Shown: in pieces, positions 47,496 to 58,676 of the stretch | Layout: each line of letters opens with the position of its first letter | Position numbering within the stretch: the first letter of the stretch is position 1 | Assembly: GCA_963698965.1 (NCBI GenBank) | Contig: CAVOSY010000037.1 | Coordinates: 55,141 to 119,140 of the forward strand | DNA: 64,000 bases | Reading direction: 5' to 3' | Source: an uncultured Actinomycetota bacterium | Lineage (GTDB): Bacteria; Actinomycetota; Actinomycetes; Mycobacteriales; Mycobacteriaceae | The notes under the pieces: generated by a model | Told to the model about the DNA's origin: nothing | Database searches by the model: none | Seen by the model: the letters and a program-made list of their open reading frames with translations, nothing else | Translations under genes and position numbers: made by a program

Positions 47496-48896
47496 CTAAC
47501 CCGTTGCGCTGCTGTCGGTCTCATCGCTGTGTCGTCGTGTCAGCGGTTCACGCAGCCCGAGATGGCCGCGCAACGTCGTCGACGCGTACTCGGTCCGGTA
47601 CACCCCGCGTTCCTGTAGTGCGGGCACCAGCCAATCGACGATCTCGTCGAGTCCGCCGGGCACGATGTACGGCGAGATGTTGAAGCCGTCGGTCGCGCCG
47701 GCACGTACCCACCGGGCCAGCTCGTCTGCGACCTGCTCCGGCGTGCCCACAAAGCCGGAGCGCTCTGAGGTTTCGATGGCAACTTGGCGCAGAGACAGGT
47801 TCTTGGCCTCCGCGAGCGCACGCCACTCCTTCGCGATGGCGATCGGGTCCTTGCCGTCCCTCGCCGCGCCGCGGGTGGCCGAAATCGGCGCAGGCACCGG
47901 ATCGAACTCCGGCAATGGACCGTCAGGGTCGCGGTCAGACAGGTCACGCCCCCACACCAGACCCACAAGGGACAACGCCGTCTGTCCCGTGTACTGGCCC
48001 TCGAGGACCCAGCGTCGCTTCTCCTCGACCTCTGAAGCCTTCTCCGCCAGCACGATCTGAGTCCCCGGAAGGATTCTGATGTCGTCGGCCGGCCTGCCCG
48101 CTGCGAGCAGACGCGCGCGGATGTCGGTGGCGAACGCCAACGCATCGTCGAAGTGCGTGCCGTGACGGGAGAAGATGACATCGGCATTGGCCGCGGCGAA
48201 ATCTCGGCCCGTCGGCGAATCCCCGGCCTGGAAAATGACCGGATGTCCCTGGGGGCTGCGCGGCAACGTCGCGTCGAGTGAGATCTCGAACTGAGACGTC
48301 GAACGGTCGAGATGCCGTACCGCGGTTGGATCGGACCAGAACTCGCTGGCGGTAGATGACGCGATGGCGTCGTCGGCCCACGAATCCCAGATCGCTCGCG
48401 CCGCGCGAATGAACTGACCGGCCCGCTCGTAGCGCAGCGCATGATCGAGAAAACCGCCGCGCCGAAAATTCTCTCCCGTCCAGGCGTTGTCGGTCGTGAC
48501 GGCGTTCCACCCCGCCCGGCCTCCGGAGAGGATGTCGAGCCCCGCCAACCGGCGAGCCAGGTCGCCGGGTTCGTTATACGTGGTGTTCTGGGTTGCGACG
48601 AGACCGATGCGCTCGGTGATGCCCGCCAGGGCCGACAATTGCGCGATCGCGTCGGGGCGGCCGACGATGTCGAGGTCCAGGATCTTGCCGTCCTGCTCGC
48701 GCAATCGGAGACCCTCTCCGAGGAAGAACGCGTCGAACAATCCCCGCTCGGCCGTCGTGACGACGTGTCGGAAGGTTTCGAAGTCGATCTGCGAACCACT
48801 CGCTGCGTCGGACCAGATCGTGGTGTGGTTCACGCCCTGAAAGAACACGCCGAAGTGAACCTGTGCGTCGGGACGGAGCACGTCGGAGGAGCCCAT
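47496..48896 (-). CDS. NtaA/DmoA/SoxA-family FMN-dependent monooxygenase
   Basis: AERGLFDAFFL, SGGRAGWNAVT, SPQGHPVIFQAGDS, TLRGHLGL. Confidence 0.92.
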   Translation of the reverse strand: MGSSDVLRPDAQVHFGVFFQGVNHTTIWSDAASGSQIDFETFRHVVTTAERGLFDAFFLGEGLRLREQDGKILDLDIVGRPDAIAQLSALAGITERIGLVATQNTTYNEPGDLARRLAGLDILSGGRAGWNAVTTDNAWTGENFRRGGFLDHALRYERAGQFIRAARAIWDSWADDAIASSTASEFWSDPTAVRHLDRSTSQFEISLDATLPRSPQGHPVIFQAGDSPTGRDFAAANADVIFSRHGTHFDDALAFATDIRARLLAAGRPADDIRILPGTQIVLAEKASEVEEKRRWVLEGQYTGQTALSLVGLVWGRDLSDRDPDGPLPEFDPVPAPISATRGAARDGKDPIAIAKEWRALAEAKNLSLRQVAIETSERSGFVGTPEQVADELARWVRAGATDGFNISPYIVPGGLDEIVDWLVPALQERGVYRTEYASTTLRGHLGLREPLTRRHSDETDSSATG

Positions 48897-48902
48897 GACT
48901 AT

Positions 48903-49961
48903 TCACACCTTCGCGTAGCGGTTGGCGGGCCGGTCCAGACCGAGGTGGCCGCGCAGCGATGACCCTGGCACGGGCCGATGCGCCACTCCCGTCCTGAGCA
49001 AGGCTGGCAGGACGTAGCGCGCAAGGGCGGGTAGATCCTGGTCGATGACCATGGGGAACAGGCGCACTCCATTGCTGTGCGCCGCGAGCTCGGTTAGCAG
49101 CTCCACGAATCCGCTTGTGCTGCCGATGTATTGGAGGCGCCGACGCCGAGTTGCCAGCTCGTACTGGTTCAGCGCCGAGAGGCGGTCCGCGGCGGCGGCA
49201 TCAGTTGTGTCGAGGGCGACGTCGATCTCGATGACGGTGAGCCCGCTGCTGCGGGTCGCTGCATCGACGGCCGCGTCGCGGTCGGACTCGGTTACGAGAA
49301 CGATGTCGACCTGGTCGCGGTCGGCTTCGGCACCGAAGACGACCAATTGACCCTGCGGCGGTCTCGGGACGATGGCCGGCCCCTTCACGCTGAACGATTC
49401 GCCCTCGAAATCGACGTAGTGCAGCTTGTCGCGGTCCAGGAATCGGCCGCGCGCGTAGTCGCGGATGACCGCGTCGTCCTCCCATGAATCCCACAGGTCG
49501 CGCACCACGGTCAGCGAATCCCGTTGCTCGCGGTCGAGATCGGCCTGCTCGGCGACGACCGGGCTCCCCCAGGCCCGTGCGGCCGCCGGATCGAAGGCGC
49601 GCGCGGCTATCCAGCCGCCACGGCCTCGGGACGCGTAGTCGAGGGTGGCCAGTTGCGACGATGTGTGAAACGGCTCGGCATATGTGGTCTCGACTACGGG
49701 AACCAGGCCGATCGTCGACGTCGTCGCCGCGACGAACGACGCCCGGTTGACCGCGTCCACGCGTGCTCTGATGCCGCCGCGCGGAGGCAGGATCGAATCG
49801 TCGAACGTCGCAAACGTGAATCCCGCGTTCTCGGCCGCACGCACCTTCTGCAGGAGCGTTCGTCCGCTCAGCGAATCGTTCGGCGGATGATTCGCGTGGC
49901 GCCATGCCGCCGGATGGCTTCCCTCGCCGTCCAACTCGATGCCCAGCGCGAAAACGCTCAT
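48903..49961 (-). CDS. LLM-class flavin-dependent monooxygenase
   Basis: HPAAWR, AENAGFTFATFDD, LATLDYASRGRGGW, SVKGPAIVPRPPQG. Confidence 0.88.
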   Translation of the reverse strand: MSVFALGIELDGEGSHPAAWRHANHPPNDSLSGRTLLQKVRAAENAGFTFATFDDSILPPRGGIRARVDAVNRASFVAATTSTIGLVPVVETTYAEPFHTSSQLATLDYASRGRGGWIAARAFDPAAARAWGSPVVAEQADLDREQRDSLTVVRDLWDSWEDDAVIRDYARGRFLDRDKLHYVDFEGESFSVKGPAIVPRPPQGQLVVFGAEADRDQVDIVLVTESDRDAAVDAATRSSGLTVIEIDVALDTTDAAAADRLSALNQYELATRRRRLQYIGSTSGFVELLTELAAHSNGVRLFPMVIDQDLPALARYVLPALLRTGVAHRPVPGSSLRGHLGLDRPANRYAKV

Positions 49962-51028
49962 AGCACAACCTCTTTCCGGCTCGACTGCGCGGCCAGCGGT
50001 CTGCTCGCTATCTGGTCACGAAGAACCGGCGCAACGTCGGACTGGAACAGTTCGAGACTACGGCGCTTCTGAGCGACCGTCACACCGTCGGCCTCGGCGC
50101 TGAGGTGGATCACCTCGTGACCGAGTTGCTCGTGGTAGCGGCCCACCTTGTCGATCACCTGCTGCGGGCTGCCGATGAGCGCCGAGCTGCGGTCGACGAA
50201 GTCTTCGATGGACTCGAACACCACCGGCAGTCCGGCGCGCCGCTGAAACGCCAAGCGTGACTCGAAAGTAAGCCGGTACTCGGCCACGGCCTGCTGAGTC
50301 GTCGCAGCGATGTGAAACCCTGCGGTTCCCGCGCCGACCAGCGCATCTCCGGGATCGTGGCCGTACTGCTCCCAACGTTGCCGGTAGTGGCGCACCAGCT
50401 CGGCGTACGGCTCGATTGGGTAGGTGACGTTGGCCGAGAAGATCGGGTCGCCGTTGCGGGCCGCCAGGTCGACGGAATCCCTGCTCGTCGCACTGCCGTG
50501 CCAGATCCGAATCCGCGGCTGTAACGGCCGCGGGAGTGCCTTGGCGTCGACCAGCGGTGGGCGAAAACTGCCGGACCAGGTCACGTGCTCGTTGTCCCAC
50601 AGCAAGCGGAACAGCTCATAGCCCTCACGATTACGGTCCCACTGGTCGGTGGTGGTCACGTGGAACAACTCGGCCTGCGCGGCGCCGTTGCCTTTACCGA
50701 TGATCAGTTCCAGCCGGCCGTCGGACAGGTTGTCCAGCGTCGAATAGTCCTCGAATGCCCGGACGGGATCGAGCAGGCTCAACGTGGTCACCGCCGTGAA
50801 CAGCGCAATCCGCGACGTCCGCGCTGCGATGTTGCTCAGCACCACCGGCGGGGACGATGAGATGAACGGATCCTCATGGCGCTCGCCCACGGCGAAGCCG
50901 TCGAAACCCAGCTGCTCGGCGAGCACCGCGCTGTCGACCACTTCGCGCAGCCGATCTGCGGGACTCTTCTTCTCACCCGATACGGGGTTCGGATGGTGCG
51001 CAATCAGCGTCAGCAACAGAAACTTCAA
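49958..51028 (-). CDS. LLM-class (luciferase-like) monooxygenase
   Basis: AEQLGFDGFAVGERH, SSSPPVVL, LDNLSDGRLELIIGKGN, IWHGSATS. Confidence 0.9.
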   Translation of the reverse strand: MKFLLLTLIAHHPNPVSGEKKSPADRLREVVDSAVLAEQLGFDGFAVGERHEDPFISSSPPVVLSNIAARTSRIALFTAVTTLSLLDPVRAFEDYSTLDNLSDGRLELIIGKGNGAAQAELFHVTTTDQWDRNREGYELFRLLWDNEHVTWSGSFRPPLVDAKALPRPLQPRIRIWHGSATSRDSVDLAARNGDPIFSANVTYPIEPYAELVRHYRQRWEQYGHDPGDALVGAGTAGFHIAATTQQAVAEYRLTFESRLAFQRRAGLPVVFESIEDFVDRSSALIGSPQQVIDKVGRYHEQLGHEVIHLSAEADGVTVAQKRRSLELFQSDVAPVLRDQIASRPLAAQSSRKEVVL

Positions 51029-51315
51029 TGCTCATCCTCGACATCCGGCTGCCTGGTCGTTGTCACGCCCACAACCCCATCTGGTCCCTGCAGGCGCAGC
51101 GGACGCCCAACTGATGCTGCTCAACACGAACCGCGTCCTGGGCCCGTTCATTCCCGTCTGGGACAGCCGGCCGGATATGACAGCGAGACAATGCCGCACC
51201 GCAGTTCGTCGCGCCTTCGCCGCACGCCCGCGGTGCTGTTGTCGATGTCCGGCTGGCGCCATGGCCCAGAGGACCGCGTGTTGCCGAAGGCCAGCAGATG
51301 GACCTCGCGCGTCAC
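51029..51315 (-). pseudogene. Possible collapsed remnant of another NtaA-like monooxygenase
   Basis: GTG start: MTREVHLLAFGNTRSSGPWRQPDIDNSTAGVRRR resembles NtaA N-termini, then loses coding character. Confidence 0.35.
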
Positions 51316-51443
51316 AGCAGCAGTCCTCCGATGACGATGATGGCGGCGCCCAGAATGACTGCGATCCACGGCCAGGCGCCGTTGAGGCGCACATCGGTCG
51401 CTAGTGGGCCCTCCGGAGCCGTCGGATATGCGTCTTCGACCAC
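51312..51443 (-). CDS. Small single-TM ORF (43 aa) or 3' end of a decayed membrane gene
   Basis: TAGCCT, 6 nt, GTG; ...RLNGAWPWIAVILGAAIIVIGGLLL; GTGA overlap with next ORF. Confidence 0.4.
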   Translation of the reverse strand: MVEDAYPTAPEGPLATDVRLNGAWPWIAVILGAAIIVIGGLLL

Positions 51444-51568
51444 GAACGGAGGCTAGGCGTCAGGCGGCGCTGATTGGTGAGTGCCAACGCCAGACCGACA
51501 CGCGTCGGGAATACATCGGGTGGCAATGCCTACCGACGAATCCGGTTGTAGGAGATGGTTTTTGACGA

Positions 51569-51597
51569 GCATTGGCTGCCTGGAAGGCAGCCAATGC
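51569..51597. terminator. Strong hairpin downstream of the tautomerase gene
   Basis: GCATTGGCTGCCT-GGA-AGGCAGCCAATGC perfect 13-bp stem. Confidence 0.65.
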
Positions 51598-51638
51598 GGC
51601 TTTGAATCAGACTGGTTGCAAAGCGACGGTCCCGACCG

Positions 51639-52124
51639 CTAGCCGGCGACGGCACGGCGCTGCGCCAAGCGTCGCTCGGCGTAGGCACGGCCTTTCTCGG
51701 CATCGCCGACGATGTAGCCGACGATGTCGGCCAGTGTGTTGATGCGGCCCGCGCCGCCCCACGTGCCGTCGGGAATCTCGTTGGTGAACACCCACACCCG
51801 ATTCGGGTCATAGGGATGCTCGTTGTTCTCCGCGCGCAGCACTGCGTCGGTGATGTCACGCACGATGGCGGCGCGACGCTCGTCGTCGAACTGTCCCTCG
51901 GGCACTGATGCGATGATCCGGTACCGCGGTTCGGAAGCGGGCTCGCCGGCGACGAAGACCTCGGCGGGGCGGTGCAGAAACACCCATGCGATCGCCCTCG
52001 CACGCGGATCGGAGGGGTCGGCGCCTTCGTGCCGGAGCAGAAGATCGGTCAGCTGGGACATCAAGGCCCGTTCGGCGACCGGCGAGAGCGCCCCGGCAGG
52101 GATGTACGCGTCGAGCATCGGCAT
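51639..52124 (-). CDS. Tautomerase-superfamily protein (fused two-unit type)
   Basis: MPMLDAYIP catalytic Pro-1; SVPEGQ, VWVFTNEIPDGTWG. Confidence 0.85.
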   Translation of the reverse strand: MPMLDAYIPAGALSPVAERALMSQLTDLLLRHEGADPSDPRARAIAWVFLHRPAEVFVAGEPASEPRYRIIASVPEGQFDDERRAAIVRDITDAVLRAENNEHPYDPNRVWVFTNEIPDGTWGGAGRINTLADIVGYIVGDAEKGRAYAERRLAQRRAVAG

Positions 52125-52150
52125 GGTCAAACCTCCATCGGTACGAGCTG

Positions 52151-52198
52151 GGTTTAATTTGAAAACCTACGATGCTGGGTTTTGATTGTCAACCCAGC
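52151..52198. promoter_or_regulatory. Tandem palindromic operator candidates in the tautomerase/HxlR divergent promoter
   Basis: GGTTT-N7-AAACC (52151-52167) and GGTTT-N7-CAACC (52178-52194), 27 bp apart, next to TACGAT -10. Confidence 0.55.
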
Positions 52199-52210
52199 TA
52201 CGATGGCCGC

Positions 52211-52684
52211 ATGCACGCAGACCGGTTCCGCTACAGCGCCGCCAACTGTTCAATCGCGCGCACGCTCGGCGTGGTCGGCGAGAAGTGGACACTGCTCGTC
52301 CTTCGCGAGGCCTTCTACGGAGTGCGGCGGTTCGACGACTTCCACGCCGCACTGGGATGTGCGCGCAATCTCCTCGCTGCTCGATTGAAAACGCTTGTGA
52401 CGCACGGCCTTTTGGAGCGTGTCGCATACACCGACGAGCGTGGCCGCGGCCGGCACGAGTACAAGCTGACCGAAAAGGGTCGCGAGCTCTTCCCAACCGT
52501 GGTCGCCCTGATGCAATGGGGCGATAAATGGACCGCCGACGAAGCCGGGCCCGCTGTGCAGCTGTACCACCGCGGCTGCGGTGAGCGCGTCACCGCCCAA
52601 CTCACGTGCGCCGCTGGCCACGCGCCCCTCGGTGCGCGCGATACCGAAGCCGTGCCGGGCCCCGGCGCCCGCGAGATTGCGTGA
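52211..52684 (+). CDS. HxlR-family regulator
   Basis: CSIARTLGVVGEKWTLLVLRE, EYKLTEKGREL, HRGCG tail; TACGAT 6 nt before ATG. Confidence 0.92.
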   Translation: MHADRFRYSAANCSIARTLGVVGEKWTLLVLREAFYGVRRFDDFHAALGCARNLLAARLKTLVTHGLLERVAYTDERGRGRHEYKLTEKGRELFPTVVALMQWGDKWTADEAGPAVQLYHRGCGERVTAQLTCAAGHAPLGARDTEAVPGPGAREIA

Positions 52685-52789
52685 ACCTCCGCGCGACTGC
52701 GCGACCGGCATAACAGTCATCGGGTCTGTCGCTCGCTACGCGGGCGAATACGGGCGATCCGCAGAGCCCCTCTTCGATAAGTTCGACTG

Positions 52790-53152
52790 GTGGGCGACAC
52801 CGACAACGTGCCTGAGATCGAACCTGACTACCGCTTCACGCTCGCGAATGAACGAACGTTCCTGGCATGGCAGCGCACCGCGCTCGGCCTGCTCGCCGCG
52901 GCGGTGGCCGTCGTCCAGCTGGTCCCGGAGTTGTCGATCGCCGGCGCCCGCCACGTACTCGGCATCATCCTGGGGTTGCTCGCGATCCTCACCGCCGGCA
53001 TGGGAATTCTTCGGTGGCAACAGGTCGACCGTGCCATGCGGCGCGACCTGCCCCTGCCCCGTCATCCCACGCCCATTTATCTCGGGATCGGACTCGCTCT
53101 GGTCGGGCTGCTCACGCTCGGCCTCGTCGTCGTCAAGGCAGTGGCTGGTTGA
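52790..53152 (+). CDS. YidH/DUF202 membrane protein
   Basis: [22 protein letters not shown]. Confidence 0.92.
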   Translation: MGDTDNVPEIEPDYRFTLANERTFLAWQRTALGLLAAAVAVVQLVPELSIAGARHVLGIILGLLAILTAGMGILRWQQVDRAMRRDLPLPRHPTPIYLGIGLALVGLLTLGLVVVKAVAG

Positions 53153-53472
53153 CGAACACAGGGCAGACGAACCGGGGTGAGCGAGGAACACAACCGGAAC
53201 GAACCGCATTGGCGTGGACTCGAACCTCGCTGGCGGTGCTGGCCAACGGCGTGATCCTGTCGTTACGGGAGACCAACAACGCACTTCAGTTCGCGGCGGC
53301 CGCTGCCGCGGCCGTGCTGGCGCTATCGACCTATCTGATCGGCTTCAGGCGCCAACGGCTGCTGGCCCAGCGTCCGCTCCCAGATCGCATTTCGCCTCGG
53401 CGCGAGGTTTATCTCACCGGCGTTGCGGTCGTCGCGCTCATTCTGATCAGCGCACTCGCGCTTACGGTTTGA
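53149..53472 (+). CDS. DUF202 membrane protein (partner)
   Basis: TTGA overlap; [14 protein letters not shown]. Confidence 0.85.
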   Translation: MTNTGQTNRGERGTQPERTALAWTRTSLAVLANGVILSLRETNNALQFAAAAAAAVLALSTYLIGFRRQRLLAQRPLPDRISPRREVYLTGVAVVALILISALALTV

Positions 53473-53475
53473 GCG

Positions 53476-54189
53476 CTACTTCTTCGCGGCGTTGGCGACC
53501 ATGCCGTTGGCGATCGTCGCCGCCTCGTCCTTGACGTCGTAGCTGCACGCCCACGCCTCGACGGTCACGTTCGACACCAGCGACATAGCGTGCTGGCAGG
53601 CCCAGCCGTTGGCGTCTTCCTGAGCCGTCATCTGGGTGATCAAAGTGTCCTCGGACGCGACGTTGTCGATCTGCCACAAGTAGGTGGCGTCCGCATTGTC
53701 GACCGACACCGAATAGCTCGAGCATTTCTGCCACGCCGACTTCGACTCGTCGAAGAACTTCTGCGCCTTCTCGGCCGACGGGTAGAGCACCGCCGTCTGC
53801 TCCACCCAGTGTTCGTTGTCCTCACCGGGTTCGCGGGCCACCTGGTCTCGCATCGCCGTCCAGCCGCTGCCCGCGTACACCGGCTCTTCCGCGCCGTAGA
53901 TCGCACCGAGGCAGTCGGGGTCGGACACCTCGCCGGAGTGGTCGGTCATCTCCTTGAGCTCACTGGTGACCTTCATCTTGGCGGAACCCATGATGTCGTT
54001 GAGTTCGCCAATCGACAACAGCACGCCGTCGAGTTTGGCTTCGGTGAGCGGAGGCACGTCGATTGGCGCGGCGTGCTGCTCGCGCATCGCAGTGCCAGAA
54101 ACGGTGCTCACACAACCCGAGAGCAGGACGGATGCCGCAATAACAGTGCCGATGGCGCAGGCGCGAGTAGCCGTGCCGACAAAGATCAC
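53476..54189 (-). CDS. PknH-like sensor-domain lipoprotein
   Basis: LLSGC lipobox; DPDCLGA, WQKCS, WACQHA, VEAWAC disulfide pattern. Confidence 0.85.
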   Translation of the reverse strand: MIFVGTATRACAIGTVIAASVLLSGCVSTVSGTAMREQHAAPIDVPPLTEAKLDGVLLSIGELNDIMGSAKMKVTSELKEMTDHSGEVSDPDCLGAIYGAEEPVYAGSGWTAMRDQVAREPGEDNEHWVEQTAVLYPSAEKAQKFFDESKSAWQKCSSYSVSVDNADATYLWQIDNVASEDTLITQMTAQEDANGWACQHAMSLVSNVTVEAWACSYDVKDEAATIANGMVANAAKK

Positions 54190-54265
54190 CGCGCTATTGT
54201 GACCGACCGGCGCGGGAAGTGTCGGATAGCCGTAGATATTTGCTGCTGGTTCTGTGCAACCCGGC

Positions 54266-54991
54266 TCAGGAAACGCCGATCTTCTGAATCATGAGGTTGG
54301 CGACGCCCACCGCGCCGTGTGCTCCGCTGCCGCCGGCCCCTGGGGGGTTCGTAACCTCGACGTCCACAACGCAATCCGAAGCGACGCCGAGCGCACGCTG
54401 GATCGTCGAACCGTCGTCATGCAACACGAGGGCGGACACGTCCCTACCGTCGACTACGACGTCGGTGATCCTGCTCAACCCGTCCACGCCGTGCTCGGGT
54501 TGATGCAGTACCAGCGTCTGTCCGTTGCAGCGGTGCCATTTGTCGGCCGACGCCGCGAAGAATGCCTGTGCGTCGTCGGGGGTGGCGAACTGGACCGCGC
54601 CGAAAAAGCCCGAATACGTGGGGCCGTTCTGATCGCCGCCGACCCACGGTTGGCTCGCGACGGATCGCACCGGGCTCGCTTGATACACGATCTTCTGCAG
54701 CCGGTAGCCGGCGCTCACGCAGTCGATGGGCGTGGCCTCGGATTCGCGTACGCCCTGCAGCAGCATCTCGGGGCCGCCCTTGACGAGTTGGCCCATGAAG
54801 CCTGCGCTGCCAAGGATCGTGGCGAGCTCATTGACGGTGGGCAGAACCTGATCCAGCGCCCGCGACGGAGACGGTTTGGCGACCTCGGCGATGTGGACGA
54901 CGGGCGCACCGTCGACCGGGGCCGACGAGCATCCCGCCAGCACCGCACACGCGCTCAACGCCGCGATCGTCGACGGAGTTGAGCGCTTCAT
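54266..54991 (-). CDS. lppR: PknH-like sensor-domain lipoprotein (LppR-like)
   Basis: VLAGC lipobox; PIDCVS, WHRCNG, SDCVVDV; position after lepA. Confidence 0.75.
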   Translation of the reverse strand: MKRSTPSTIAALSACAVLAGCSSAPVDGAPVVHIAEVAKPSPSRALDQVLPTVNELATILGSAGFMGQLVKGGPEMLLQGVRESEATPIDCVSAGYRLQKIVYQASPVRSVASQPWVGGDQNGPTYSGFFGAVQFATPDDAQAFFAASADKWHRCNGQTLVLHQPEHGVDGLSRITDVVVDGRDVSALVLHDDGSTIQRALGVASDCVVDVEVTNPPGAGGSGAHGAVGVANLMIQKIGVS

Positions 54992-55004
54992 CTTCTGGAG
55001 ATAC

Positions 55005-56864
<1,860 letters not shown>

Positions 56865-56959
56865 CTCCTGGTGAGGCGTGCCTTGGGTGCCTCCAGCGTA
56901 TCGAGGCAAGGCGGTCTCGACACAATCGCGAGCACTCGTGCTCCCTTATGCTCGAAAAC

Positions 56960-57559
56960 ATGGCCCCGCCGTGGAAGACGTTTCAGCGGCTTATCGACGT
57001 CACCGAGAACCTCGTGTTCAACGAGGCACCCAAGTTCATCCGCACCATCCAGAAGTCTGAAACGCTGCAGCGCGGCATCCAGACCGGCATCAGGATCGGT
57101 ATCGACGCCATCACCGGCACCCCTAACGACGAGGCCCCGGCGATCACCGCGGGCCGTCCCGTCAGCAAAGATTTCGTTCCCACCGCGCAGCGGGCCCGCA
57201 AGCTCGTTTACGCGCCAGACCTCGACGGCCGCGCCGATCCCGGCGAGATCGTCTGGACCTGGGTGGTTTACGAGGACGACCCGACGCGGGGCAAGGACCG
57301 TCCGGTACTCGTCGTGGGCCGGGACCGCGCAACGCTGCTCGGCCTGATGTTGTCGAGCCAGGAACATCACCGCAGCGACCCCAACTGGGTCGGCATCGGC
57401 AGCGGCACCTGGGACTACGAGACGCGTCAGAGCTGGGTGCGATTGGACCGCGTGCTCGACGTTCCCGAGGAGGGCATCCGGCGCGAGGGCGCGATCCTGG
57501 AACGCGAGGTGTTCGAGGTCGTGGCCACGCGACTGCGCACCGAATACTCCTGGAGCTAG
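56960..57559 (+). CDS. PemK/MazF-like domain protein (Rv2405-like)
   Basis: DPGEIVWTWVVYEDD...GKDRPVLVVG, SWVRLDRV; divergent from lepA. Confidence 0.85.
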   Translation: MAPPWKTFQRLIDVTENLVFNEAPKFIRTIQKSETLQRGIQTGIRIGIDAITGTPNDEAPAITAGRPVSKDFVPTAQRARKLVYAPDLDGRADPGEIVWTWVVYEDDPTRGKDRPVLVVGRDRATLLGLMLSSQEHHRSDPNWVGIGSGTWDYETRQSWVRLDRVLDVPEEGIRREGAILEREVFEVVATRLRTEYSWS

Positions 57560-58161
57560 CGCGGCGCCCGCCACATCGGGAACATGCTCGGTCCGCCGTC
57601 GGGCAGCTTGATCTCGCCGGTGACCTCGAACCCGAACCGCGAGTAATACGGCACCAGATCGGGCTTGCTCGCCTCCAGGTAGGCGGGCGCATGCTCAGCG
57701 TCACACCGGTCGAGGCGACTACGCATCAGCGACTGCCCGAAACCCGCACCACGGACCGTCGGGTCGGTGCCGATGAGCATCAGGTACCAATGCGGCTCTT
57801 GCGGGTGGTTCTCTTCCATCAGGCGCGCGACCTGCTCCATCCTCGCGCCGCGGCGACCGAACGCCCAGACGAAGCCGGGGATCATCGACAGCTTCTCCAG
57901 CCGCGAATCCTTCCTCCTGCCCGGCGGATCCCACAACGTCGCGCCTCCGATGATCCCGCCGCGACTCGCTACTTCAGACCCGCCGCGGGACAGGAAGTGG
58001 CGTCGCGCAAGCGTTGCGAAGCCGCGCGGCAATGCTCGTGCCCGGGACTCGTTGCCGGGAACCATCCACATCGTCACCGGATCGTCGTAGAACGCCCGGC
58101 CGAGGACGCCTGCCGCACCTCGAACGTCGCGCCGCTGGAGAGCGCGGACGTCGACCGGCAC
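57556..58161 (-). CDS. GNAT N-acetyltransferase
   Basis: HWYLMLIGTDP.VRGAGFG, AYLEAS, YYSRFGF. Confidence 0.9.
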   Translation of the reverse strand: MPVDVRALQRRDVRGAAGVLGRAFYDDPVTMWMVPGNESRARALPRGFATLARRHFLSRGGSEVASRGGIIGGATLWDPPGRRKDSRLEKLSMIPGFVWAFGRRGARMEQVARLMEENHPQEPHWYLMLIGTDPTVRGAGFGQSLMRSRLDRCDAEHAPAYLEASKPDLVPYYSRFGFEVTGEIKLPDGGPSMFPMWRAPR

Positions 58162-58163
58162 TC

Positions 58164-58595
58164 TCAGCGACCCTGGGTGATGTAGGCCTGCAGCTGCTGC
58201 TGCTCAGCCTCGAGTTCTTCCATCCGGGTCTTCACCACGTCACCGATGCTGACGATGCCTGCCAACCGTCCGTTCACCACCACGGGAATGTGCCGGACCC
58301 TTTTCTCGGTCATCAACGCGCTGAGGCTGTTGACCGAATCATCGGGCGTGCACGTTGCCACCACGGTGGTCATGATCTCCGACACCGGCCGACGGAGGAT
58401 CTCGGCGCCCAGCTCGTGCAGCTTGCGCACCACGTCGCGCTCCGACACGATGCCGACCAATCCGTCCTGGGACATAACGACCATCGCGCCGATGTTGTGC
58501 ACCGTCAGTTCGGTGAGCAGGCCGGCGACCGAGGTCTCGGGGGTGATGGTCGCCACCGCCGCACCCTTGTTCCGCAATATTTCTGCGATCCGCAT
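58164..58595 (-). CDS. CBS-domain protein (Rv2406c-like)
   Basis: GIVSERDVV, RVRHIPV, GIVSIGDVVK. Confidence 0.93.
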   Translation of the reverse strand: MRIAEILRNKGAAVATITPETSVAGLLTELTVHNIGAMVVMSQDGLVGIVSERDVVRKLHELGAEILRRPVSEIMTTVVATCTPDDSVNSLSALMTEKRVRHIPVVVNGRLAGIVSIGDVVKTRMEELEAEQQQLQAYITQGR

Positions 58596-58676
58596 CGACG
58601 CCTCCCGCTCGTGACTTACTTCACAGGCTAGGGCCGACGCGCTCGGCGCGGAAGAACTTCACAGGTTGCAACACCG

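Noticed and set aside
51032-51394. ORF containing DCCCD upstream of the LLM operon as a fourth poly-Cys leader
   Set aside because: TGC TGC TGT is the shifted-frame shadow of CTG CTG CTG (LLL) in the TM ORF; no -10 box at leaderless spacing; 120 aa is too long
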